From positions 161,820,001-161,884,000 of the forward strand of contig CM059430.1 in assembly GCA_030390025.1 (NCBI GenBank): a stretch of 64,000 bases of DNA, given 5' to 3'. The position numbers were made by a program, and so were the translations under genes. Positions 38,641 through 50,940 of this stretch are shown piece by piece. Position 1 is the stretch's first letter. Every line of letters begins with the position of its first letter. A model generated the notes under the pieces. The model searched no databases and was not told the origin of the DNA. It saw only the letters and a program-made list of their open reading frames with translations. The DNA comes from Squalus acanthias. Taxonomy: Eukaryota.

Positions 38641-40119
38641 AGAGTCAAATCTCATGGGGAAGAGGGTAAGAAAATGACATTTAAGACCAATTTTGGGGAG
38701 GGACAGATGAGGGTCACCCATTTATGCATTGGTCATGTGTTTGATTTGAACTTGGTGTTCTCAATAAATCCTTGCATTTATATATAGTGCCCATGCAGGA
38801 GATCCCACTGCTTCTCAGCCAGTAAATTGCTTCTGAAGTGTGAATTTTTGGTTTGGAGACAAATGTGGCAGCTAATTTGTGCAGTGAGGTCTCAAACAGT
38901 AAGGTAAATGATCATTTGATCTGTTTTTGGAGGTGTTTTGAGGGATAAATGTTGGCCAAGACACCAGGAGATATTTTCTGCTCTTGCCATAGGATTTATC
39001 TCCACCTAAATGAGTAGCTAGGGCTTCAGATTAACCAAAATATGGCATTTTTGACAATGCAGCACTCATGCAGTACTGTACTTCATCAATTTGGATAATG
39101 TGCTCAAGTCCCTAAATTGTTGTGGCTTGAACCCACAACCTTCAGACTGAGTGCTACCATTGGGCCAAGCTGACCCTTTCAGAATGACTTTATTGTTTTA
39201 AAGTGGTATTATCAGCATTTCAAATCAGCATTCTCACTGAATTTTGTTCCCCTGCCCTCCCTTGCTGATTTCACTAATCGTTTGCAATGGTCAAAATTAT
39301 TTTGGGATTTCCCATGACTTAGTGTAGTGTGGTGCCCCACCCAAAGCAGCATTTTTAAATGTGAAGTCAGTTCTGCTTTCCTGTAACGACTTTTTTTATT
39401 ATACTGGTCAGATGGCCTAGTGACCTTGCTGGATATCTATTCAGATGTAATTTTAAAATCGCTCTGTCTCTTTGCAGGATGTGACTCAGACAATGATCGA
39501 GTGATTTCAAAGGAGTGGGCTGACTGCCTCTGATGATTCTGTCACTAAGTTACAGTGCTGTTCATGGTTTTAAAATCTAGTTTTCTTGTTGAAACACTTG
39601 TTTCACACTTCCAACAGTGCTGTTTAATGTAAGATATTTATTCTTGCTAGGGCACAGTTTGATAAATACTGGCAGCCATACCCAAGTCTTTGTGTGATCC
39701 TAAGCATTTAGTGTAACCAATGCATTTAAAGATCTGTTAGATCAGCTCGCTGCAATATGGATGGTGCATTTACCCACAAGACCATGGTGGGAACCTGGTT
39801 GTGTTTTTAATGGCCTGCATCATACATTGCCCCAAGACTCTTTACAACTAGCTGCTAGAAGGTGTAAAAAGAAAGGAAGACTTGCATTTATATAGTGCCT
39901 TTCACAACCACCGGACGTCACAAAGCACTTTACAGCCAATTAAGTACTCTTGGAAGTGTAATCACTGCTGTAATGTAGGAAACTCACAGCAAGCTCCTAC
40001 AAACAGCAATGTGATATTGACAAGATAATCTGTTTTGGTGACGTGTACCACAATAATGCAGTCACTTCATATAAAAATAAGTTTGAGTTCCATTTGCAAC
40101 AAGAGGTGCTGTGGGATCT

Positions 40120-41420
40120 GAAGAGGCAGCTGATTTACAGAATGAGCTGATAAAATATGCAAATTAGCAGAGAAATGGCAGATGCAATTTAGCACAGATG
40201 TGCAAAGTACTATGCATCATAAGTTTAAAAAAAAAAGCAACCCACGTACTCCATGAATCGCAAAGAAACAGAGGGACCTAGACTCTACTCAACATGGCCA
40301 ACCAATGCAGAGGAGCAGTCAACAAAGCCAATAGAATGGTGAACAACATAACCAAAATAGTACGATACCTGCCAGAGGAAGCTGCAGTCAAACTGTGTAG
40401 TGCTCAGATCAGAGTGCACCTTGAGTACTGCATCTAGTTTTTGTTGCTGAGGATGATGCAGTGCTGGAGATAAGTGCAGTGAGAAGCCATGAGGCTGATC
40501 CCTAAACAAACATACAAATTAGGAGCAGGAGTAGGCCACTCAAGCCTGCTCTGCCATTCAGTAAGATCATGGCTGTCTGATTACTCCACATTTCCACCTA
40601 CCCCCGATAACCTTTCACCCCCTTGCTTATCAAGAATCTATCTACCTCAAAAATATTCAAAGACTCTGCTTCCACTGCCTTCTGAGGAAGAGAGTTCCAA
40701 AGACTCACGACCCTCTGAGAAAAAAATTCTCCATCTGTTTTAAATGGGCGACCCCTTATTTTTAAACAGTGACCCCCTAGTTCTAGATTCTCCCAAGAGG
40801 AAACATCCTCTCCGCATCCACCCTGTCCAGACCCCTCAGGATCTTGTATGTTTCAATCAAGTCACCTCTTACTCTTAACTCCAGCCTAGCCTGTCCAACC
40901 TTTCCTCATAAGACAACACGCCCATTCCAGGTATTAGTCTAGTAAACCTTCTCTGAACTGCTTCCAACACATTTAAATCCTTCCTTAAATAAGGAGACCA
41001 ATACTGTACACAGTACTCCAGATGTGGTCTCACCAATGCCCTGTATAACTGAAGCATAACCTCCCTACTTTTGTATTCAATTCCCTATGTTTCAAAAGGA
41101 ATGAGTTGAGGGTAGACTGGGGAACTCTGGACTTTTCAGCCTGGAAATAGGGGATCTGAGAGCTAATCTTGTAAAGGTATGTGACAGTTCAGGGAATGGA
41201 TAAAGTAAATCTGGAATATTTTAATTGCAAGAGTAGGACAAGGGGACATAAATTTGAAGTAGTAATTTTGGGGACCGATGCCAAGAAATTCTTCTTTACC
41301 CTCTGATCAATGTATGAAATAGTAATAAACTCTGGAATCTTTTAAGAGACCATTGTACTAGTCTCCCATTTCAGCATCCAATCACTCTGGTTAGATGAAC
41401 TGTGGTCCTTCTCAAATGTA
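40120..41420 (+). mobile_element. Old degenerate CR1 (plus strand) split by a younger antisense CR1
   Basis: Degenerate KWQMQF and HLEYC motifs, then RLIP at ~40492 resuming at 41088. Confidence 0.65.
40505..41081 (-). mobile_element. 5'-truncated CR1 nested in an older CR1
   Basis: Encodes LQLYRALVRPHLEYCVQYWSPYL and carries a 3' stem-loop. TCCCTA is present at both junctions (40499-40504, 41082-41087). Confidence 0.85.
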
Positions 41421-41659
41421 ATGATCTTGTTTGCTTTTGAATATCTTTATGGTTTGGGACATTCCTTTCCTGCAGTGGCTGTTCTGTAGAATGTGCTGAA
41501 TAAAAGCTTAATATTTAAATTGCCTTTAAATCAGGCCCTTCCACATCCCAGCCAGAAAAGACCTGGTCCAGTGTGGTACTTAATACATATATTCAGAAGG
41601 TCCCAGATTCAGTTGGTGGTCTGTGCTGTATGAACAGATCTCTTAGGACAGCACTGGTG

Positions 41660-42527
41660 GTCGACACGGCCCTCGACCGTGTCGTTCTATCTTCTGCCCT
41701 CACCCCGGCCCCTCCCTCCCGGAACCACGATAGTTCCCCTTGTCCTCACCTTTCACCCCACCAGCCTCCACATTCAACGGATCATTTTCCGCCACCTCCA
41801 ATGTGATCCCACCAACAAACGTATCTTCCCCTCACCTCCCCTTTTCAGCATTCCGTAGGGACCGCTCCCTCAGACACCCCTTCCCCCTCGCCCGGCACCT
41901 TCCCGTGCAGGAGATGCAACACCTGCCCTTCTACATCCCCCGCCCCCCCCCCCCCCTTCCCACTCTCCTGGGCCCCAAACACTCCTTCCAGGTGAAACAG
42001 CGATTTACTTGTACTTCTTGCAATTTAGTATACTGTATTCGCTGCTCATGATGCGGTCTCCTCTACATTGGGGAGACCAAACGCAGATTGGGTGACTGCT
42101 TTGCGGAACACCTCTGTTCAGTCTGTAAGGGTGACCCCGAGCTTCTGGTCGCCTGTCACTTTAATTCACCTCTCCACGCCCACTCAGACCTCACCGTCCT
42201 CGGCCTCGTGCATTGTTCCACGGAAGCTCCGCGTAAGCTCGGAACAGCACCTCATCTTTCAATTAGGCACTTTACAGCCTTCCGGACTCCATCTTAACCT
42301 GTCCTATTACCATCTTGTCTTGCCTTGAGCATCTCTTAATGTCTCTACTTACCATAGACCACCCCTTTTGTCCTTTTATTCCTCCCCCTTGCTTTTTTAT
42401 CTATTTCATTTCCTGCTTTTTTTTTTTCCCCCTCCGTTCTGACGAAGGGTTTCAACCTGAAACGTTAACTGTTTCTCTCCCCACGGATGTTGCCTGGCCT
42501 GCTGAGTTTTTCCAGCGGTTTCTGTTA
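41660..42527 (+). mobile_element. Penelope-like element 3' part (GIY-YIG endonuclease + terminal repeat)
   Basis: Encodes GPKHSFQVKQRFTCTSCNLVYCIRCS*CGLLYIGETKRRLGDCFAEHL...VACHFNS. The terminal segment carries a hammerhead core. Confidence 0.88.
42434..42471 (+). ncRNA. Minimal hammerhead ribozyme motif (Penelope type)
   Basis: ccGTT-CTGACGA-AGG(gtttcaa)CCT-GAAACGTT-AACtg gives the conserved CUGANGA and GAAA cores, a short stem II and stem I, and palindromic ACGT in place of stem III. Confidence 0.65.
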
Positions 42528-44469
42528 GGACAGCAGTTGGGTTGCTACAAATGGCCTCTGAGATTTCTGCTTCTAATGGTTGTTTATTAGAGAGAGAAGT
42601 AAGTTTTTGTTTGTGAATGGTGTGGGTACTATTATGACATTTCATTGTACAAAGTAATTAGGGGGTATTGTACAATAATTTGCAGTATGCACATTAGCAG
42701 AATAGGATGTACAACTCCTCTGGCTATAGCAGGATGTTAGCACACTGCATCTGCTCAGCTGAATGACTTTCTAGCTTGTACTTTTGTTAAGCTAAAGCCG
42801 ATGCATCTTATTGAGGACTGTAGCACTAGACCCAAGCAGGAGTCCATGCCTTCAGGAGAACTGGAAAGTGGGAGGACTAAAAATAAGGTCCCTTTTTTTT
42901 TAAATGGAAGGAGGGGGAAATAGAAGAACAAACTGAGGAATGTCTAATCCTGCTTTGATGGTGTCCACTGGTATGCTTGAAGTCTTGGACACCAACTGCA
43001 TTATTGATCATGAAAACAGCATTCTGATCTGGTTACACAATTTTATTTTGGCTTGGCCCTTGTATTAGTGGTTGGGTGGTTGCTTGGGGGTGGGCACTTG
43101 TCAGTTGTAGTGTGTATTTTGTCGACTGGTATTGGGAAGACACCATTTGTCATTCTGGTCCTGTTAAAATAGACCAACACCGGAGTATTGATTGTGGCAG
43201 TGGGCCATTAAATCAGATGTGAAGTAATATAGCCAAACAATTTTGTGACCATCTATCTTGTGGTTTTGGTGTGTGCCTACCTATCATTGATTTCTAATGG
43301 TTGGACAAGTGACTTTAATGCAGCAAAACCTGCAGGGGATTTTTCTTACTGGTGTCCCAATTAATGTTACCCTTCAGTTGAAACAATGGTGCAGATTAAA
43401 TTTGAACCGCTGAGGTTCTGTCTCTTCACCCATTCAAACATTGAAGGAAATTTCCAGCTGGTGACTATAACTGATCTCACTCCGCTCCAACTCTGTTTCT
43501 TGGCACTGTTATTCAGTTTCTTAAATTTTAAAAGTTGCCAGTGAGCAGAGCTGATTTTGTAAGACCAGTTTCTCTATCAGTTAGAAACAAACTTCCTTCA
43601 CTGGTGGGTGAAGAGAGGTACTTGAAAACATTGCTGATTTTGAAGTGCCATTGAGGGGAAGTCATAATCTCAAGTGAATCATTTTATCCTCCTTTTCACC
43701 TAATCATTACCTCCTGATATTTTTTTTATCTTGACTTGATATTCCCTATGGCTCTTGATCCTTCACCTGGACTTCGAGTTTTAATAATCTCTCAATTCGT
43801 AGGGAAGGAGGAAGAGAGTAAAGACCTGTTCCAGAGTTTGTTCTATGTAGCCGCAACCAGTTTCCAACAGCTGTGATTGGCCACTTAGTTGTATCCAACA
43901 GGGTTTGTATCTAGCAGAATCCTCCTGTTGGTTTGGATTTGTAGGCGTGAATGGTGTGTCTTTTAATCAAAGCCAAAATGGGACATGGCTTTAATTAAAT
44001 ATAATCCTCACAAAAATTGCAAGCCCTTTCATGTGACTTAATTTGAGACCTGAGCCGGGCTGCAAGCTCGTTCTTTTCTGGGAATAAGAGACCAAAGATC
44101 CTAAGTTTTGGCAACGTGTGGTTTTAAAAAATTTCTTGACACATTTATGCTTGCTAGAAGAAATTTGCAGGAAAGAAGTGGAATATTTTGCTTTACTCAG
44201 CACTGCCTGCTTCTGTTAATCAAACATAACACTGGGAAAATAACAGTCAAGCATGTTACAAATATATAATGAAAAGCGAATGTTAAGCAAGGTGGGTCCC
44301 TAGAGAGGTGAGGATTGTCATCTTGTATATAATCAAAAAAAAAAATGCCATAAGTATTAGCATTGGTCTTTACTGAAGAAAAGAATATCGGAGGTGAATT
44401 CTGAAATGGTTGAGAGCAAGATGAGTGATTATATTGATGGATAAAGGGAAAATTTTCCATTAGTTAAAT

Positions 44470-45840
44470 GAAAGGAAGCCAAAGCCCCAGGGCCTGATGC
44501 GATGCATCCGAGGATCCGGAGCGAGGAATTTGCTGAGGCCCCAGATACTGCTTTTCAGGGCTCTATTGAATGTGGGTGTGTGCCAGAGGACTGGAGTGGC
44601 AAATGTACCCCTTTTTTAAAAAGGAGACTAAGTGAATCCAGGTAACTACAAACAAGTTTAGATATCTGTATTGGGGGAAAAATCTTGGTCTCTGAGGATG
44701 AAATTGCAGGTATCAAGATGAAGAGAAAATAGTTAGAAATGGCCAGTATGGATTTCAAAAGTGTTGGTTGTGCTCAACAAACCTCATATAAAATTGTTTG
44801 AGAAGGTAACAGACATGGTAGAAATGCAGTGGCCTTTGAAGATTGTGGTATGGAATTAGGGAGCGGATCGAAAACTGCATTAAATACTGGTTCGAGGGGG
44901 GGGGAACAATAGTCGAAGTGGGTAGTTTTGCCCCAGAAGGTTCAATTCTGGGGCCACAACTGCTCAATTTTCTATATCAATATTGAGATATAGGCCTAAA
45001 GAGTGGTACTGAAATTTGCTGATTCCAAAATAAGAGACATACTTAATTCTTTAGAAGACCAAAGGAAGCTGCAAAGGGATATTGATAAGCTGGGGGGGAA
45101 ATGGGCTAAAGCGGCAGATGGCATTCAATATCAGTAAGTGTGAGATGGTACATTTTGATAAAGTAACAGCGGTAATTTATACTCCGAATGGAAGTAGGCT
45201 CAGTGCTGTGGAAGAGAAGCGCTTGGTGTACAGGTTCACAGGATATTTAAAGGCAACACTTTGGGTTAATAAGGCCATAAAAATAACTGAATAGATTTCT
45301 AGGTTTTATCACGAGGTACAGAATATAAGTCAAAAGATAATAAGCCTATGTAAAACCTTGGAAGGACCTTGAGTATGATGTGCATTGTTGTGCTCCACAC
45401 CACTACAGGAAGGATATTGAGGCTTTAGGAAAGGTTTAACACCAATTCACTGGGATGCTGCCTGCTATTGGGAAATGGATGTGGAAAAATTGGGACTTTT
45501 AAATGATAACCATGCAGCTTACAGGTTGATAAAATTCTGTGGATGGGACAGAGTAGATAGAAGCGGACTGTTTTGTTTCTCGAGTTGTGGGGTCTAAAAC
45601 GAGGGGGCCATAGGTACAAGATTAACTGAGCTTTAGAACAAGGGGCAGGAGAAACTTTAGAGTGAAGCAGAAACTGTCAACATCTTTGATTGAATAGGTA
45701 GATGAAGGAAAAGAGGTGAAGGTATGAGAATAGGGTGGGTAGATGTGAATATAACTAGTTACTCAAGTGGAGGCTAAAGGCTGACATGAACTGTTCACAC
45801 CAGATGGCCTGTATCTGTGTTGTAACTTCTATGTATGGAC
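44470..45840 (+). mobile_element. Old, heavily decayed CR1 (plus strand)
   Basis: Degenerate KAPGPD..HPR, PEDW, PQGSILGP, KFAD and QMAFNISKCE motifs. Confidence 0.75.
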
Positions 45841-46343
45841 TACTTTTAATAAGACACCAAACATTACTTTCCCACAAGTATAGAATACTCTAGGGTGTTG
45901 CACATATATCTTTCTCTTCCTCTTGGAAGGGAGAAATGTATTCCTTTTAAAGAAAGGACTCATGTTCTAGTCCTGTTACTGAGTTGCTTTAATGTTGGTC
46001 ACAGGTTAGGCAGCCAGATGGCCCTTGTAGTTGATCATTACACTACTGATTTCAGAAGATGTACTTGCCTTCCATTGACACAAGTGTAGGGAATACCCTC
46101 GATGGGCAACTTTTAGACTTGTTTTCACCTAGGTGCAGCACTTTGTGGGGGATGTGGTGGTGCTGCTGTGAAATTTGACAGTAGATAACTTTTTTTGAAG
46201 GGCAGGCTAACTTTCAAGTGAATACAGTGGAACCTCCATTATTTGAGTGCCAGTTATTGGCCAGAATTTTCATGGGTCAAAGCCTTGGTTATCGTCACAC
46301 CACCTATAATTCAGCACTGATTATATAGTTTTTATAGCTTAAC

Positions 46344-46455
46344 GCAGACACGGGGAGAATGTGCAAACTCCACACAGACAGTCACCCGAGGTCAGATTCG
46401 AACCCGGGTCTCTGGCGCTGTGAGGCACCAGTGCTAACCACTATGCCACCGTGTT
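46344..46455 (-). mobile_element. HE1/V-SINE 5' part (tRNA-like head), 3'-truncated
   Basis: Reverse strand reads cacggtggcatagtggttagc (A box)...ggttcgaatc (B box)...gtggagtttgcacattctccccgtgtctgc. GCTTAAC flanks both sides. Confidence 0.8.
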
Positions 46456-46882
46456 GCTTAACAATTTCTATTTTGTTGGGGGCAACTGTTGTGTAAAAGT
46501 CCTTTTTTGGGGCGATAGGGAAAGGAAAGAAACTACCAGTTGTCACTAGGATTTTGGTGAAGTGTAATGGTGGGTCTTTCTAAAAAATTTTTTTTTAAAA
46601 TCAACAAAAAAATCATACAATGTCTATTTGAATTGAAAACATTAGTGAGAATTCTGTTCTCTAAATTCTGGTTATGCCCAGAGAACATTTTTTATCAGTA
46701 TATCATTAGGGTGAAGTACTAGTGATTACAGATCTGGTACTAATTGGAGCAATTTAAGGTCATGAATGATGGGCACAGACACAATGTGTATTGTACAAAT
46801 ATTTAAAGTGTGTGGGCTTAAATATAGTTTCCTTATCCTATTATGAATATACCCACTGGCAATACTCTAGTTGTATACATAA

Positions 46883-46929
46883 GAATTAGGAGCAGGAGTA
46901 GGCCATATGGCCCTTCAAGCCTGCTCCCT
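46883..46929 (-). mobile_element. Ultra-short CR1 3'-end insertion
   Basis: gaattaggagcaggagtaggccatatggcccttcaagcctgctcc matches the CR1 3' hairpin, with TACATAA on both sides. Confidence 0.75.
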
Positions 46930-49900
46930 TACATAATTGGTCGGTGAATTTTTGCATTGTGGGTGTGGGAGCAGATGCAATGGCTGCTGTTGGAGTCGTT
47001 TAATGTCTGTTCTCGGGCTGCCTGATTTGAGAGGAGTTGGTATATGTGCATATCTCCATCTCCTTGTAACAATCAGGATTGTAATGTGTCCAATAATTTA
47101 GATGAACCAGGTTCTCTTTAAAATTTAAATACATTAACTTTTGAGTCAAGACAGGAATTTATCTACCTGACCTATTTGCACAAATCTGCTGTCTAGTAGA
47201 TGTGTTCTAGGCCATAGAGCAGTTGTGGTGATGCTTGAAGACTTGTGGTCCAGGGCTATCTGCTCCAAATAAAGGTGGAAGTGTGTTTCGAGGCTGTACT
47301 GGGGACCTGAGGAATACAAGATGTCATTAGAAGGTTTTTAGAGTATTGGCTAACCGTTTCATTTCAAAGTTTCAGTGGCTATGCTGGCATCATTTTAACT
47401 TTCAAACCTAATGGCGAGGTTGTTGCTTGGTTAACTTTTTTCCCCCCTCTTTTTTTTTTTTCCCCATTTGATCTGATTCCTGTAACTGAGGAGGTGGGTA
47501 TCAGTCCCAGATATTAATTTCTTCTCCCCCCCCCCCCCCCCCCCCCCCCCACTTTTTTTTGTTGGGAGGGAAGTTTTTCCTCGGCTTTCTTGCTTGTGGG
47601 TAACCATTTCAACTGGAGCGGTCATCTTGGACGTTCAAGTACTGCTGACTTTTTTTAATCTTGTATGATGGATGCTTTTCAGCAAACTTTTGCTTTAGGC
47701 CTAGTCATGTGTACACAGTGTGCTGTTTTTTTTGTGCTCATCTCCTTTGAAGAACTTTCAATGGTGGGTGGACATCATCTGTTATACTGTGGGCTGCAAT
47801 AAGCACAGGGAACAGTATTTTTAATCCCCTTCCTCTTATGTAGCAAGGGTGCGCATCTGTTTTATGGTTCCACAGGTACCACTGCCTTGTCCAAGTGGCT
47901 GCTTTTCAAATGGCAGTGATTGGGTTATTTGACAATGCAGGACACCCCACCAGAGCTTGGTCTTGTCTTTTACCATCCATCTGTGCGCTCTCTAGGATTG
48001 GTCACTAGATAGTAAGAAGCAAGAACCTTAGATGATTTAAAAAAAAAAAAAAAATTGCCTGGCATTCTAAAAATGTATAGAACTCTTCATTTCCTAATGG
48101 TTCAAATTCCAGCCATCTCCCCTCTCTCCATACCAAAAGCATTCAGTAGTTATTTCTGAATGAAAATAAAACATTGAAAATGCATAACAGTCCCATCCAC
48201 ATCCAAAAGAGAAAAGTTGGCTTAATCTAAGTGTAGATCCTTCATTAGGACTGTTCTTCCTCTCCTCCCCCGCCCCCACCCCCCCAACAAACTTTATCCC
48301 CTCTTATTTTTCTATAAATGCTGATGGGCCTGTTGTGCCTTATCTGTTTTTGTTTCTGTTCCAGTGTGTTTTTCTTTGCTGGCCTGTTGAATTTGCTTCT
48401 GCTGTTAATGGTATGAAATGGTCTGCTGTAAATACACCACCACAGGAACAACAAAGCAGAAGTTCTGTTTCTGGTGCCCACACACTGGCTCCACACCCTA
48501 GTCAGTGGATCATCAATTCCTTGATGCGTGAAGTAATACTACCAACGTTTTATTGGGGGGTGTAAGAGTGAGGAGAAAAACGCCAAATTTCTAAGACGTG
48601 CAGATTTTAGAAATGCCGGAAGAGTTTACGAAAGTGCTGACCCCTGTCATGGGCATTGTCATGTATATCCAACGACAACTTGTATTTATATAGTGCCTTT
48701 AACGTAGTAAAACGTCCCAAGGTGCTGCACAGGAGTATTTTAAGACCCCCCCCGCCCCCAAAAAAAAATCATGACTTGTATGGTTGAGCATGACCCCTTG
48801 TCTGGCAGGTTGCTAATTCAATTCCTTGGAATGCTTTCCATAAAGTTCTTCCATTGACCACTTTCTAATCATTAAAACTTTCCTGCATTGAGGTGAAACA
48901 CTTGCCTTGAATTACGTTTGCATATGTAGCCAAACCTGTCAATTTTTAAAAATTCCCTGGCCTAAAGAATTGGTTGGTTCTTGACTAAAGTTTTATATTA
49001 TAACCATTTCTAAATGTGTTTTTCAAAATTCAGTAGCTTCATGCTAGAGCTTAGTTATTAAAACATTCTTATTTTGGGGACAATATTGGAGCTTGCAGAA
49101 GAATATACAGAAACAAGAGACCATTTTGGTCTGCCTGCCTGTCTCTGATAACCAGCCTACTGCAAGTCCATTCATTTACTGAAATGAAATGAAGTGGAAC
49201 AATAATTCACTTGTCTCGATTGGGAGCTGCCTGGAAAAAATTAGAATGCTAAAAGGACGCTTACTAATTTATTCACTCAAAAAAACCAATTGTGTAAATG
49301 TTGCATTTTGGTTTTTTAAACTGTGTAGTATTTACAAAAATTGCTGGTGCAACTTGGTCATATTACCGTAAGGATTATGAAGTTGTTTACATTATGCTGT
49401 AGTAGGCTGTGGGTTGCATTTGGCATGGAGGAATGGGAGCCTCTTTAGTAGCCTGTAGAGTTTTTTTGTGGGGGGGGTGGTGAAATAAGTTTTTCATAAG
49501 TTAAATCAAATCGTACTTCAAAATATTGAAGCTCCCTGAAGTGTCTCCTACCTCAATGATGGAATTTGCAACTGTCGTGCAGTAGTGAAGTTCTACACAT
49601 TTTCTTTTTTCCATTACCCCTGAAAATACTGATCAGAACAGACTGAGGAATTGTTCTCCAGTGTGTACCTTGCCCTAGTGGTAACAGTTTTTTGTGTTGG
49701 CAGACTATTTAACCATGGAATGCATTCTCTCTCGCCATCTGGGTCAGTGAGGCCAGGCTCAGTTCAACTAACTCACCATAGACTGGGAATAAAAGTGGTT
49801 ATGTATTGCTTAGTTAAAAAACCATGAAATACTACAGCATCTGAAGTCTTTTTGTATCAGGCAAGCGAAGGAATTTTGCAGTTATTTTAGCAGATTAATA

Positions 49901-50566
49901 GAGTTGAAATATTGGCTTGTGAATTTCTGAACTCTTTGACCCACACTAGCATGCAATCTTGATCAATGTCCTGATCTGGTAGATGGGTGCAGGGATTTTT
50001 CTGTACTGTCGCATTGCTTCTAATACCCTGTAGATAATTACCTGCAACGGAGTGTTTTTTTCTATCATCTACCTTTTCTGCAGTTTGAGGACTAACTGCA
50101 GAAATGGAGGTTTTTGTTTCATTTCCTGTTTAAACATGAAGCCTACAAAGTGACTTCCTCATGCAACTAAATCGACCTTAACAAAAAAAGTAAAAGGAAA
50201 CTATCGAGCTGAGAATGCAAAAGCAAACTTGGCAGCATTTTGGGGTGGGGGAAAAGTCCCCTTTCTGTGACCTCTTGCAGGTGTCTGCAATGTGAAATTT
50301 ACTGACTTTTGAGGACCGATATCCTGCCTGTGTGTTTGGTAGGGTTTTATTTCTCTTTCTCCTTTCCCACCCACCATCCAACAATTTTATTGCAAATTCT
50401 GAGACCAATTGTGTAGGAACTGACAGCTGCCTGATCTGTTTATAAAAGGTGGATTCAGCCAGTGGTCCAACTTCACTTTGAACTTTTTTTGGTTATTTAG
50501 TTCAAAATCAAAGTTTGATTAGGTTTTTCATCCAATGACTGTAGTATTCTCTCTTTAGTCGGGAAG

Positions 50567-50940
50567 ACTTGCATTTATATAGCACCTTTCACAACCACCA
50601 GACATCTCAAAGCACTTTACAGCCAATGAAGCACTTTTGGAGTGTAGCCACTGTTGTAATGTGGGAAACGCGGCAGCCAATTTGCACACAGCAAGCTCCC
50701 ACAAACAGCAATATAATAATGACCAGATAATCTGTGATGTTGATTGAGGGATAAATATTGGCCAGGGCATCAGGGATAACTCCCCTGCTCTTCTTCGAAA
50801 TAGTGCCATGGGATCTTTTACGCCCACCTGAAAACAGACGCGGGCCTTGGTTTAACGTCTCATCCAAAAGACGTAACCTCCAACAGTGCAGCTCTCCCTC
50901 AGCACTGCACTGGAGTGTCAGCCTAGATTTTTGTGCTCCA
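50567..50940 (-). mobile_element. DeuSINE (SacSINE1-like), best-preserved copy
   Basis: Reverse strand has the Deu-like core GGATGAGACGTTAAACCAAGGCCC...AAAGATCCCATGGCACTATTTCGAAGAAGAGCAGGGGAG. The 3' tail resembles the L2 tail at ~5150. A decayed plus-strand copy lies at ~51750-52070. Confidence 0.82.

Noticed and set aside
46224-46265. TA-CAGTGGAACCTC Tigger-like terminus
   Set aside because: No partner inverted repeat was found.
46344-46455. tRNA gene
   Set aside because: A and B boxes are present but run into SINE body sequence; it is a SINE head, not a tRNA.
48613-48625. ATGCCGGAAGAG as an alternative ERM first exon
   Set aside because: It encodes MPEE with no donor at the expected phase-0 position and has no promoter context.
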